Positions 36,820 through 49,001 of a stretch of 64,000 bases of DNA are shown one piece after another. The stretch spans positions 29,016,001 to 29,080,000 of the forward strand of contig NC_043000.1 in assembly GCF_006345805.1 (NCBI RefSeq), given 5' to 3'. The stretch is from Octopus sinensis (Eukaryota). Position 1 is the stretch's first letter, and every line of letters begins with the position of its first letter. The translations under genes were made by a program, and so were the position numbers. The notes beneath the pieces are model-generated. The model ran no database searches, was not told the origin of the DNA, and worked only from the letters and a program-made list of their open reading frames with translations.

Positions 36820-37679
36820 ACGTATATATGTATGTTTGATATGTAAGCACATATAATGTACATATATAAATAGACGTGAATAGTCAATAACGACTGCGTC
36901 ACTGTTTTAGAACTATCCTATCTCATTGTTACATTGATGCTTAATTATGCTAACGTATACATTCATTAAGAAGCTTCTGAACAGGAATTTTTACCAACTT
37001 TAGCATTGAACACTTTAAATAGTTTTAAACTAATAAGAACCTCTTCACTCTACAATGTCGCTTCTTTACTTTTGAGCACTTTCAAACACACACCCTCACA
37101 GCTCCACAATTTTGAAGCGATACAAGAGAGCGGATACCGCTTTGCAAATCAAACATACTCTTATACAAGACTTAAGAGTTGGTAAGTTTTACTTCAAGAA
37201 TCTCATTAGGTGAATGTAATTAAACGAAAGCGAGGGAAACTTACTAACACGATGACGAAAACAGCACTGTTGCGAACGAAAAATTGAAATTCGGTTTCAA
37301 GTTGCGGAAACTCACCACTTATAGAAAACAAGTTACTAGATACATTCGGAGGTAAATTACTTGACGAGGTTAAAGCAAAATAAAAGCAAAATTACAGATC
37401 AAATCCTTAGAATCATCTTGAAATACGTTTAAGTTCAGGAAGCCAAATCTACAACATCTCTTGTAACACAGTCTTTTATATTGATTTCTTCCATTAGCGC
37501 CAATGTTTGAGATTCATCGGCAACATATAGCGTTGATTGAATCGACTCGTTATATTTCTACTGGTGAGTTTCCAGAAGAGAGGCAAAGCCGGTCTATGAC
37601 AACGAATTACCTGAGTCGTTAGAGCATCGAATAAATCACCTTGCGGAATTCATTCTGGTCCTCAACGCTTTGAGTTCAA

Positions 37680-38135
37680 ATACCTATTTCTTTATTACCC
37701 ACAAGGGGCTAAACATAGGAGGGGGCAAACAAGGACAGACATAGGTATTAAGTCGATTACATTGACCCTAGTGCGTAACTGGTACTTATTTTATCGACCC
37801 CGAAAGGATAAAAGGCAAAGTCGACCTCGGCGGAATTTGAACTTAGAACGTAGCGGCAGACGAAATACTGCTAAGCATTTCGCCCAGCGTGCTAACGATT
37901 CTTATTTCTTTGTTACCCACAAGGGGCAAAACATAGAGGGGACAAACAAGGACAGATAAACAGATTAAGTCGATTATATCGACCCCAGTGCGTAACTGGT
38001 ACTTATTTAATCGACCCCGAAAGGATAAAAGGCAAAGTCGACATCGGCGGAATTTGAACTTAGAATGTAGCGGCAGACGAAATACTGCTAAGCATTTCGC
38101 CCAGCGTGCTAACGATTCTGCCAACTCCCCGCCTT
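37680..38135 (-). mobile_element. SINE family B dimer with alternative junction
   Basis: Tail AAAGAAATAA joined to GAATCGTTAGC (A-box region) instead of TATTTCG. Confidence 0.85.
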
Positions 38136-38486
38136 AATTTGAGTTCAAATACCGTCGAAGTTAGTTTTACTTTTCATCCTTTCGAGATCGATAAATAAAG
38201 TGAAGTTTTATTATTTCCGTACTGAGATCGATACTTCTCTTTCACCCTTCGCTTTTCCTTCTGTTTCTCCCTCTTTTTAGAGTAAATCGACTAATACTGT
38301 TGTCTGATACTCGAAACTTCTCGAAATTCTTCTAAATGATATTTAGATCTACTTGTCATACATGAAGAATTATATTGGATGTGTATTCTATTTACATATT
38401 CTGGTGTCTGCTGAATATAGTTAACCAAATTCGATTAAAACTGAGTGCATTATTTATATCTGGATTTTTAAATCCTATTTTTCCTT

Positions 38487-38519
<33 letters not shown>

Positions 38520-38522
<3 letters not shown>

Positions 38523-38662
38523 AAGGGCATCCAGCCGTAGAAACATGGCCAGATCTGTCTGGGCCTGATGCGGCCTTCCGGCTTCACAGACCCCAGTTGA
38601 ACCGTCCAACCCATGCTAGCATGGAAAGCGGACGCTAAATGATGATGATGATGATGATGATA
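38520..38662 (+). mobile_element. SINE 3' fragment ending in (GAT)n
   Basis: GGAAGGGCATCCAGCCGTAGAAAC...GAACCGTCCAACCCATGCTAGCATGGAAAGCGGACG, recalled as a common octopus SINE tail. Confidence 0.6.
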
Positions 38663-39169
38663 TTTAGCTGAAGGAGTAAAATTAATCAAAGGACATACTG
38701 AGTATGTCTACCTGCTGAAAATAAGAGTCAATACTCTCTGGTAATTTTAATCCTTTAGCTATTTAATGGTTTGGGGGGGGGGGCTGCAATCGCCTATATT
38801 ATTGATTCTGTTATCGTTTTTAATTGTTACACTAGATAATAGCAGAGTCAATAATATCTTCTCAAATATTTTCTTCTGAATTATTTGATTCGTATATATG
38901 AATATATATATATATATATGCAAAAGTTAAGGTCTGGAGTAAATAAGATCATATATTTTATAGCGAGCGGAACCTCGAAAGCGGTAAATATCCAAGCGAG
39001 GTGTATACCGCAGGCTACTCGTCGAAAGTTTACATTGTCGCAAGGAGGTACTTCTTAACACATGCAAGAATCGATCAGAATGTCTAGAGGGCACATTCTA
39101 TAATATATAAATATATGCATATAAACATATATATATGTACATACCTATATATATATATGTACATATACA

Positions 39170-39420
39170 TGCATATATGGGTACAGGACATCAAAAAAAC
39201 GTCAACAAATAGAGAAACGAGACAGGCAACATAAAGAACATTCCCTTCATCAGTTGTCCCCTCTTTTATCTACTCCGCGTTTTGAAAAGGACGAAGACAT
39301 GTATAAACAACAAACAGTTGTATAAGTTTAACGCTCGGGAAGGTGAGAAAGTCTTTTACGTTTCGAACCTACGCTCTTCAGCAGAAAGGAACACGAGAAA
39401 ATAAACAGAGAGAGAATTTA
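39170..39420 (-). mobile_element. PLE-derived short repeat with hammerhead-like motif
   Basis: Minus strand CTGCTGAAGAGCGTAGGTTCGAAACGTAAAAGAC, homologous to 33886 and 1031. Confidence 0.65.
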
Positions 39421-39609
39421 AAATGCTTTAGTGGCCAGCGGTCAATATGTGTGTGTGCGTGTGTGTGAATATGTATGTATATGTATGTGTGTATATCATT
39501 GTTCAGTTTTATTTCAAAATTTCTTGCCAATAGAGAAAGAACTGGTTTCTAACCTAGATTCAAGGTTCCTTCATTGGCATTTCAACAGCAACAACAGGGT
39601 ACTTTTTTG

Positions 39610-39643
<34 letters not shown>

Positions 39644-39769
39644 TGTATGTATGTATGTATGTATGTATGTATGTATGTATGTATGTATGTATATTTGTAT
39701 GCTTTGCTTTATGTATGTATTCTCTTACATATAGTTGCATATCTAGACAAGCTCATATATATTTAAATG

Positions 39770-40130
39770 ATAAAACTTCTGGAAAGTTTTACAAATTTTT
39801 ACAGTTTCAGTGATGGATTGGATCTGTAGTCTTCGAATCAGCTTTCTCCTTTCTGGTTTCAAGACGCCTAATTTCTCAAGATTGCTACTTAGGCAGTGTG
39901 TTACATATCCCAGGGCCCCAATAATTACAGGTATAAACCTGAACTTGTAATCTGAATAGAATAGAATAATAGTTCAGCGTAGGTGTTCTCTTTTTCACTG
40001 ATCTTCAGCTTCATGCTAACATCCGCTAGGCAACTAATTTCCATAACTGTGCACAGTTTCTCTTCTCTATCCTAAATCACTTTATCAGGTCTGTTATGCT
40101 TACACTTTATTGGGGTCTTTTCTGGTACAG
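39770..40130 (-). mobile_element. Second restriction-like-endonuclease (R4/NeSL-type) LINE 3' fragment
   Basis: PIKCKHNRPDKVI*DREEKLCTVMEISCLADVSMKLKISEKENTYAELL...TVKICKTFQKF; PD-(D/E)xK-type RLE. Confidence 0.75.
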
Positions 40131-40244
40131 TATGCAGGTAATTATGAATTATGTGTGTATGAACCTTATATATATATGTGTGTGTATGTATGCATGCATG
40201 TATGTATGCATGCATGTATGTATGTAAGTATGTATGCATGAACC

Positions 40245-40400
40245 CAGTGACGGGGCATGGCTCAGTGGTTAGAGCCTCAGACGTGCAACCATGAGATAGT
40301 GAGTTCGATTCCCGGATCCGTGTAGTGGGTTGTGTTCTTGAGCAAGACACTTTACTTCACATTGTTCCAGTTCCCTCGGCTGTAGAAATGAGTTGCGACA
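40245..40400 (+). mobile_element. SINE family C 5' half
   Basis: TGGCTCAGTGGTTAGAGC...GAGTTCGATTCC...GTGTTCTTGAGCAAGACAC. Confidence 0.8.
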
Positions 40401-40412
40401 TCATACATACAC

Positions 40413-40515
<103 letters not shown>

Positions 40516-40721
40516 TAGCGAGAGAGAAAGGGAGAGAGAGAGTGCTTAATTTTGATTCTGTTACAGAACACATTGCAACGTGACTTGCCTGAACATGGAG
40601 AACGTGAAATTTCTAGCTGTAACTTGTAAAAAAGTTAGCTACAAATTAAAATCCATAAACTATACTCTTGCATTGAGTACTTTCTCTCTTGTTTTTAAAC
40701 ACAAGCGTTTACGCCATTGTG

Positions 40722-40752
<31 letters not shown>

Positions 40753-41050
40753 TGTGTGTGTGGTGTGTGTGTGTGTGTGTGTGTGTGTGTAACAGAAACT
40801 AAGAAAGAGAACGGCTTTGCCATGACTTTATTTAGGAAGAGAAAAGGAAAAAAACAATATCAACCGCAACGTAGATTATTTCAGGCAGAAGTTAATGGGA
40901 AAGTCTTGATTGAAATGGATTTTTCGAAATTTATTGTTCCAAACGAAACATTAAGGACTCTAAAAACTATTGAATAAAACTATAAAATCTTGGATTAAAA
41001 TCGTGTTTTCGTGTTTTAAAAAGTTATTCCTACTCCCTATCTATATCTAC

Positions 41051-41084
<34 letters not shown>

Positions 41085-41109
41085 ACGTATGTACATGTGT
41101 GCGTGTGCG

Positions 41110-41165
<56 letters not shown>

Positions 41166-41169
41166 GCGA

Positions 41170-41830
41170 AATAGATAGTTAACAGGAGTGATCATGGGAA
41201 CGCGGGTGGGTCCCAACTATGTTAATTTACTTGTTGGCTTCTTAAGCTACGGATCTTCTTCCAGTTCACTTCCCAACTCCAGAACTCTAAATATGTTATA
41301 TCGACGATTGTTTCGGTGCCACTTCTCTCTCTCTCTCGCCCCACCTACGCCAAGTGCTCCATCTCTTCTAGTTCCTTCGTCTCCTGTGCTTCTGCAGCAG
41401 TAACGCAAGTCCAACATATGGACTACCTCTTCCTCCATCGTCGTTACTCTCCCTCCCTTATCTATCTTTCCCTCCCCGGCGGCCATACCGTTCATTGTTC
41501 TTTAGCCCCTACGCCTCGCGTCCGGACTCTCATCGAACTCCCTTTCCTCTCATCTACCATCCCAACAATGCACCATATTCCGCCTCTTCCGCCGCCTTCA
41601 ATCCTACAATGCCTCCTCCCGTTCTTCCCCGTAACACCCATACCCTCCCTCAGGCGTACCCTCCGTAGCCCTCTCGTCCATACCTCTTCTACACCACAGA
41701 CTCCGTCTGCTGCACCTCCACCAACCTCATAGCATATTCTATTGTTCCCAGACTGGCCGATATGCCCGCAGAAAACCCCAGGAGCATTCCAGTGGGTAAT
41801 GGATTGGTTGTGTTTCGGCATGTCCACATC
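41170..41830 (+). mobile_element. Degenerate C/T-rich PLE RT fragment
   Basis: GVIMGTRVGPNYVNLLVGF resembles the PLE RT motif GTAMGTRMAPSYANLFMG; same pyrimidine-rich composition as the 32429 element. Confidence 0.6.
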
Positions 41831-41970
41831 ACTATTGCGTTTCTCCTCATCATGTTTTAGTGCGGTTAATAATTGTTGTTAGTGAGAACTTTATTTCCTG
41901 ATAACACAATTACCATCTAATTCCGCGAATTTAATCCCATAATTAGTCATAAAATAAATACTAGTTATAG

Positions 41971-42357
41971 GGAGGCGCAATGGCCCAGTGGTTAGGGCAG
42001 CGGACTCGCGGTCATAGGATCGCGGTTTCGATTCCCAGACCGGGCGTTGTGAGTGTTTATTGAGCGAAAACACCTAAAGCTCCACGAGGCTCCGGCAGGG
42101 GATGGTGGTGATCCCTGCTGTACTCTTTCACCACAACTTTCTCTCACTCTTACTTCCTGTTTCTGTTGTACCTGTATTTCAAAGGACCGGCCCTGTCACT
42201 CTCTGTGTCACGCTGAATATCCCCGAGAACTACGTTAAGGGTACACGTGTCTGTGGAGTGCTCAGCCACTTACACGTTAAATTCACGAGCAGGCTGTTCC
42301 GTTGATTCGGATCAACCGGAACCTTCGTCGTCGTAACCGATGGAGTGCTTCCATCCC
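41971..42357 (+). mobile_element. SINE family D head with an alternative 3' half
   Basis: tRNA-Arg-like head; 11-bp TSD ACTAGTTATAG at 41960-41970 and 42358-42368. Confidence 0.9.
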
Positions 42358-42612
42358 ACTAGTTATAGTATCGAATTAGTGTTTCATTGACAGCGGTCCT
42401 ATGAAATGTGGCTTTGTCGGGGGACAATGTGTGGAAGCTCGTCCTGTGGATTGTACTCATAGTTCAAGGGACCGACCTTGACACATGTTGTGTCACGTTG
42501 ATTCTTTCTCAGGAATACTATAAGAGACAATTTGTCTGTGGAATACTCAGTCACAGACAAGATAACAATGATTAGATAATTCACTTAAGTCGGTTATTCA
42601 TATATATACATG

Positions 42613-42661
<49 letters not shown>

Positions 42662-42804
42662 TATATATATAATATATATATATATTATATTAAATTAGAG
42701 ACAAAACCACTATTACGCAAATCATACAATGAAAAACTTAAGCCAATACATAAGATTATTTAATTTATATTATTTAAATATATAACAAAATATAATTAAT
42801 ATAT

Positions 42805-42868
42805 CACTACGATCGTTTCATGGCTGTTAATTTCTTTAAATTTTCGAGTTACAGTCATTCATCAGGTG
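42805..42868 (-). ncRNA. Minimal type I hammerhead ribozyme with canonical core
   Basis: Minus strand CAC-CUGAUGA-AUGACUGU...ACAGCCAU-GAAA-CGAUC-GUA-GUG: stem I CAC/GUG, stem II 7 of 8 bp, palindromic stem III ACGAUCGU, GUA cleavage triplet. Confidence 0.65.
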
Positions 42869-43006
42869 GTTTAAATATTTATCTTGGCGAATATATATAT
42901 GCATACATATATGCATATATATAGATATCTGCATGAATGCATGCATATACATATATATATGCATATGCAAATATATATATATATATATATGCATATGCAT
43001 ATATGC

Positions 43007-43081
<75 letters not shown>

Positions 43082-43529
43082 AGTTGGAAAGGCAAAGTTT
43101 CATACGTTAGACGAATTTAGATAACTAAGATTATGTCATATATACATATATTTATAAGAAAAAGAGATGACATGGGGAAAACGATGGTTATGTTATGAAT
43201 TTCGTTAGCTTACTGATGTTTCTTCTGCAATAAGATGCAATGGTCTCATAGTTGAGTGCCTAAAGCTTCATCGGAGCCTCGAATGCAATTTTTATTGGCA
43301 AAAAAAAAGAATTACATTTGTGCAATATAGAGGGAGTGGGGAAGCCAGTACTGACGTATACAAAAAAGGGCACGCGTATTTATGTCTATGCGTGTATATA
43401 TATATGTGTGTGTGTGTAAGTGTGTGTGTGTGTGTCCCCGTATAACTTGATGTGTCTGTGTCTGTGTATATGTGTGAGTATAACTATGTGCATAGAGGGT
43501 ATAGCAGGTCATCAGTCTCGTATTGCGTA

Positions 43530-43755
43530 AGCAGGCAGAAACGTTAGCACGCCGGGCGAAATGCGGAGCCGTATTTCGTCTGTCGTTACGTTGTGAGTTC
43601 AAATTCCGCCGAGGTCGACTTTGCCTTTCATCCTTTCGGGGTCGATAAATAAAGTACCAGTTACGCACTAGGGTCGATGTAATCGACTTAATCCGTTTGC
43701 CTGTCCTTGTTTGTCCCCTCTGTGTTTAACCCCTTGTGGGCAATAAAGAAATATA
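43530..43755 (+). mobile_element. SINE family B monomer
   Basis: GGCAGAAACGTTAGCACGCCGGGCG...GGGCAATAAAGAAATA. Confidence 0.85.
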
Positions 43756-43990
43756 TATGTATATGTGTGTGTTGTGGTACAAAACAGACATGCGCACAAT
43801 ACAGCTTTAGGCTGGAAGCACAAATCTTTATAGGTTACTTTGATGCAAATTTGCATAGCTAAGATTATGTCATACACACATACATACACACACAAACACA
43901 CACACACACACACACACACTCGACATGTAGTTTCGAGCAGACGAATACACTTCTTGAGTTGAACGGATAAATGCGCATGATTATAAATTA

Positions 43991-44450
43991 CCATAAATCC
44001 TCGAGTATAATCCGCATTTTCTCCCAAAATTTAAAGGTCAAAATCCCTAGTGCGTACTATATACGAGGTTAAAAATGAAAATTATTTTCTTAGCAATGTC
44101 TGAGTCTCTATTTGTTGTCCAGAATTTTTTATTGAGACATTTTGTGATGTCGGGCGCGAAAATACCTTAAGCTAAGCCTGAAAGCAATGAAGCCATAAAA
44201 GAATCATCCATAACTTGCAATAAGCAACATTTATTAAATGTTATTACTGTTATTTCTTTATTTTCTGCAAACAAAATGCACAAAAAAACTACAAGTTTCT
44301 ATTATGTTATATATACAATAATAATAAAGGAGGTTACTATATACAGTTTTATAGACCAAGGATGTTATATTGACTCAAGTTAGAGGTACAGCCCCCTAAA
44401 AGTCCCTTGCGTATTATACTCAAGGGCGGACTATACTCGAGGATTTACGG
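43991..44450. mobile_element. pogo/Tc2-like MITE
   Basis: TIRs CCATAAATCCTCGAGTATAATCCGC / GCGGACTATACTCGAGGATTTACGG; TA on both sides. Confidence 0.85.
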
Positions 44451-44599
44451 TACTCGGAGTTACGACATAACTTTAACGTGAAGAAATTTAACGGAAAGGA
44501 AGGATTTCTTCATATATAATATAAAAGAAATATGATTAGTTTTCATCTTGTAATTTTCCGTATGGTGTTGTTTTTGTACGCATGTTACTGTTTGTTCCT

Positions 44600-44875
44600 T
44601 CTCGAGCCACGCTTGGCTCATAAGGGCCGGTTTCCCGGTTTCAATGGCGTATAGATACCCCACTTGGACGGGACACCGGTCCGTCACAGGTGAGCTGCTA
44701 GATGCAGGAGGAAAGAGTGAGAGAAAGTTGTGGCGAAAAAGTCAGCAGAAGTTTTGCCATTACATCCAGCCAGAGCCGTGAGAAGCTTAGGCCTTTTGCT
44801 TATAAACACACACATCTCCCGGTCTGAGATTCGAACCCGCGATCCCTCGACCGCGAATCCACAGATATAACGCCT
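44600..44875 (-). mobile_element. SINE family D-related
   Basis: Head ...GGTCGAGGGATCGCGGGTTCGAATCTC and tail GAAACCGGGAAACCGGCCC; relative of 60095. Confidence 0.75.
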
Positions 44876-45014
44876 ACGCCATGTACCTCCACTTTTGTAC
44901 GTACATAAAACATTAATTTCTTCTGTTTCCCTCCACTTTTCCTTTACTTTCAATCTATCTAAGCACTTTTTTCTTTCGGTATTAACCTATTCTTGTAGTT
45001 GTGCCTCTCTCTCT

Positions 45015-45295
45015 TTACTCTTTACTCTCTTTTACTTGTTTCAGTCATTTGACTATGGCCATGCTGGAGCACCGCCTTTAGTCGAGCAAATCGACCCCAG
45101 AACTTATTCTTTGCAAGCCTAGTACTTATTATATCGGTCTCTTTTGCCGAACCGCTAAGTTACGGGGACGTAAACACACCAGCATCGGTTGTCAAGCGAT
45201 GTTGGGGGGGGGACAAGGTATCACGCAGTGGGACTGAACCTGGAACCATATGGTTGGGAAGCAAGCTACTTACCACACAGCCACTCCTACGCCTA
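45015..45295 (-). mobile_element. SINE family A with internal deletion
   Basis: Head and tail present, middle (TG)n region missing. Confidence 0.8.
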
Positions 45296-46539
45296 CAGTT
45301 GTTTATATTGTTTAGTTCTAGCTTAGTACTAGTCTAGCAGAGCTATGATCAAAAGACATTCCAGTTATGACCATTCTGTCTGTTTTTATTTTCTAGTTAT
45401 TCATGGTATGTATGATCACTTTACATGTTTTCTATTTGAAGATAGCAAGGTCTGATTCGAGGGTGAGTTTGCTGCTATGTTAGCATGTCGAGAGAGCGCC
45501 TAGAGCGCTCCCTATCTTTTTCAACGATAGCTAATACTTCTAGAGTTTATTTTAAGTATTCAGATGTTGCCTGTATTTTAACAGAAAGGGAAAGTAAGAT
45601 TATGTTTGCGCATGCGTATGCATTTGTATGCATACATCTGCATTGGTATGTATATATCGACAAAGCTGCTCGTTGCTTTCCTGCTTTGAATACAATAGCT
45701 TTCACCCTACACGATTTATCCTATCGAATTTTAAATAACAAAGCTCGGTCCGTGTTAAGTCGGAAATTTAAAATACCATCCAAACTGCTATAACATTAGA
45801 AACAGTGATGGTCAAGTGACTGCCTGAATCATTGGCTCACAATGATTTTATTTTCTTTGCTATCATTTATCTTCTTTTTTTTTTTGTTTTATTTTTGCAT
45901 TATTCCGGTGAGAGAAGGAAAGAGATAATATATATACGACAGTTGATAATACGTAATAGATAAACAGAACAGTATGGAGGAAAGGAGAGAAAAAAACTAT
46001 TGTCCTATTGTACCAGCTTACAATGACATGAAGTTCGTTGCCTTATCCTTTAAGCCGTCTGTGACGTGATTCAAAACTGGTCAGTTAAGATTTGACCACA
46101 CTAGCCTCTTTGAAAAGCATCACCACCGTAAAGCCACAAATCCCTTCTCGGCGATGAAAAATTATGAAGGCTGTTCATATATTCTGCACGGTTTCTCGTT
46201 ATCTTCGTAGTGAACGCCGAACATAATCCTAGAGATGATTGCTTCATCCGCACGAATTTCTCTCGATCATAAGAAAGTAAACTTTCTTACAACATAACCG
46301 AACGGTTCTGTTTCTAATTAACACCTATATTGATGGTACAAGCAATGCTTTAAATGAGATTTTGACCGTACGGTTACGTGTTTCAATTTGTACCTTGAAT
46401 AAATAATGAGATAATCGGGATTAACGACGGGTTTCAGATTCGAAACAGCAATTAATACTTAGTGATTGAGTTATTTAGCAGTTGGTCGGAATTTACATGT
46501 TCGTATTTTATATTCTATTTTCTCGTGTTTCTTCTAGTC

Positions 46540-47640
46540 TATATTCCAAACAAGAATTGCGATTTGGCTAGAAATCTCATTTCCCCGCGTTCTGATTTCA
46601 AATCCATGTTTGGAATTGATTTCACGTTTCATGAAAAGAAAAACCGATTGAATGATAAAAGAAAACTAATAATATAAGTCGGTAGATATAAGGTGGCGAA
46701 CTGGCAGAAACGATAGCACGCCGGGCGAAATGCGTAGCCGTATTTCGTCCGTCGTTGCGTACCGAGTTCAAATTCCATCGAGGTCGACTTTGCCTTTCAT
46801 CCGTTTGGGGTCGATAAATTAAGTACCAGTTACGCACTGGAGTCGATGTAATCAACTTAATCTGTTTGTCTGTCCTTGTCTGTCCCATCTGTATTTAGCC
46901 CCTTGTGGGTAATAAAGAAATATATATTCCAAACGAGAATTGTGATTTGGCTAGAATGCTCATTTCTCTGCGTTCTGATTTCAAATCCATGCTTGGAATT
47001 GATTTCACGTTTCATGAAAAGAAAACCGATTGAACGATAAAGCAAAACTGGTAATATAAGTGGGTAGGTATAAAGCGGCGAGCTGGCAGAAACGTTAGCA
47101 CGCCGGGCGAAATGCGTAGCCGTATTTCGTCTGCCGTTACGTTCTGAGTTCAAATTCCGCCGAGGTCGACTTTGCCTTTCATCCTTTCGGGGTCGATAAA
47201 TTAAGTACCATTTACGTACTGGGATCGATGTAATCGACTTAATCCGTTTGTCTGTCCTTGTTTGTCCTGTGTGTTTAGCCCCTTGTGGGTAGTAAAGAAA
47301 TAGGTATTTCGTCTGTCGTTACGTTCTGAGTTCAAATTCCGCCGAGGTCGACTTTACCTTTTATCTTTTCGAGGTCGATAAATTAAGTAGCAGTTACGCA
47401 CTGGGCTATGTAATCGACTTAATCCGTTTGTCTGTCCTTGTTTGTCCCCTCTGTGTTTAGCCCGTTGTGGGTAGTAAAGAAACAGACATTTTACATTCTG
47501 AGTTCAAATTCCGCCGTGGCTGACTTTACCTTTCGTCCTCTCGGAGTCGATAAAATAAATGCCGGTTGAATATTGTGGTCGAGGTAATCGACCTAACCCC
47601 TCCTCCAAAAATTGCTGGCCTTGTGCCAAAATTTGAAACT
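46540..47640 (+). mobile_element. Tandem duplication (383-bp period) of unique flank plus SINE B, continuing as a SINE B multimer
   Basis: TATATTCCAAAC...TTTCATGAAAAGAAAA at 46540 and 46923; SINE heads near 46693 and 47073; units of ~182 bp follow. Confidence 0.85.
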
Positions 47641-48479
47641 AGTATAAGTGGATGAGTTATATTTATTCAATGAACACTATATGAAAGTCTGTAAGAGTGG
47701 GATTGAGTACTTTTGAATCTCACAGAAAAGAAACAGCGTCTAACTACATTGTTTAAAGAAGAAGAAGAAGAAGAAGAAGAAGAAGAAGAAGAAGAAGAAG
47801 AAGAAGAAGGAAGGAAGGAAGGAAGGAAGGAAGGAAGGAAGGAAGGATGGATGGATGGATGGATGGATGGATGGATGGATGGATATTTTCATGCATACAT
47901 ATATATACCCTGTGTTTGTACATATTAACATAGATTCACACATATAAACTTGAGAGCCCTTTCGACTTGCTAAATCTCCAGAAACTATAATCAAGGCCAC
48001 GACAGCGTGGATCCGTACTGAGACATCAACATGATATCAAATGCAAGATGTGGTTGCATTATGTCTGAAAATGTAGAAGAATGCAGGAATATGTTCGAAG
48101 GAGACATCTATTTAAATTGATGTTTAACACTAGCTGCGAACCGTTACTCTTTCTGTTGTGAAAATCTAAAATCTGGGTGATAACTTACAGGAAGAGATAA
48201 ATTCAAACATTGTTTCTTTGTTAACGAGCTGAAAGTATATCCCTAAGTAATGGATTGTATGAAAAAGAGGCTTGAATTGATTACGATATAGTGAAAGGGT
48301 AAAAGAAATTGAGTTTGAATAGAGTAAATATTCATTTATGATTGAAAAAGAGGAAAATAACTATCAGCTAGTCCATAACATTGTTACCAATAGTCATAGT
48401 ATTTCTCTGGTGGTCAATAAGAATACTGAGATGGATGAAAATGTGTCTCATGGTAGCATTTATGCAAAAAAAGAACAGC

Positions 48480-48740
48480 GAAAGCAGGCGAGCCGGCAGA
48501 AACAGCGAAGGCGACGAGCTGGCAGAAACGTTAGCACGCCGGGTGAAATGCGTAGCCGTATTTCGTCTGCCGTTACGTTCTGAGTTCAAATTCCGCCGAG
48601 ATCGACTTTGCTTTTCATCCTTTCGGGGTCGATAAATTAAGTACCAGTTACGCACTGGTGTCGATCTCATCGGTTTAATCCGTTTGTCTGTCCTTGTTTG
48701 TCCCCTCTATGTTTAGCCCCTTGTGGGCAATAAAGAAATA
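48480..48740 (+). mobile_element. SINE family B monomer with duplicated 5' end
   Basis: GGCGAGCCGGCAGAAAC repeated as GACGAGCTGGCAGAAAC. Confidence 0.8.
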
Positions 48741-49001
48741 AGAAGAGCGAAACCAGTTATCAGCTAGCAATAAATGTTTGTTGTAGCAGTATCATGCCAA
48801 GAATTATGTTACTCAGTTGAACCACTAGATAAGAAAAGACAAATGAGACGGGAACAGAAATTAACCACCACCAGAAATTTCCACATCAACAGTATTATTG
48901 ACAACCACTGCCTAAAATGAAAACAAGAAGATAGAGACTTAAAACTGACTCAGCCCTTAAAGGTCGCATCATATCCTTTCAGCATCTACTAATAGCTACT
49001 A

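Noticed and set aside
41971-42050. Possible tRNA-Arg(TCG) gene (also 17724 and 60095)
   Set aside because: No acceptor stem closure; continues into a SINE body and is bounded by TSDs.
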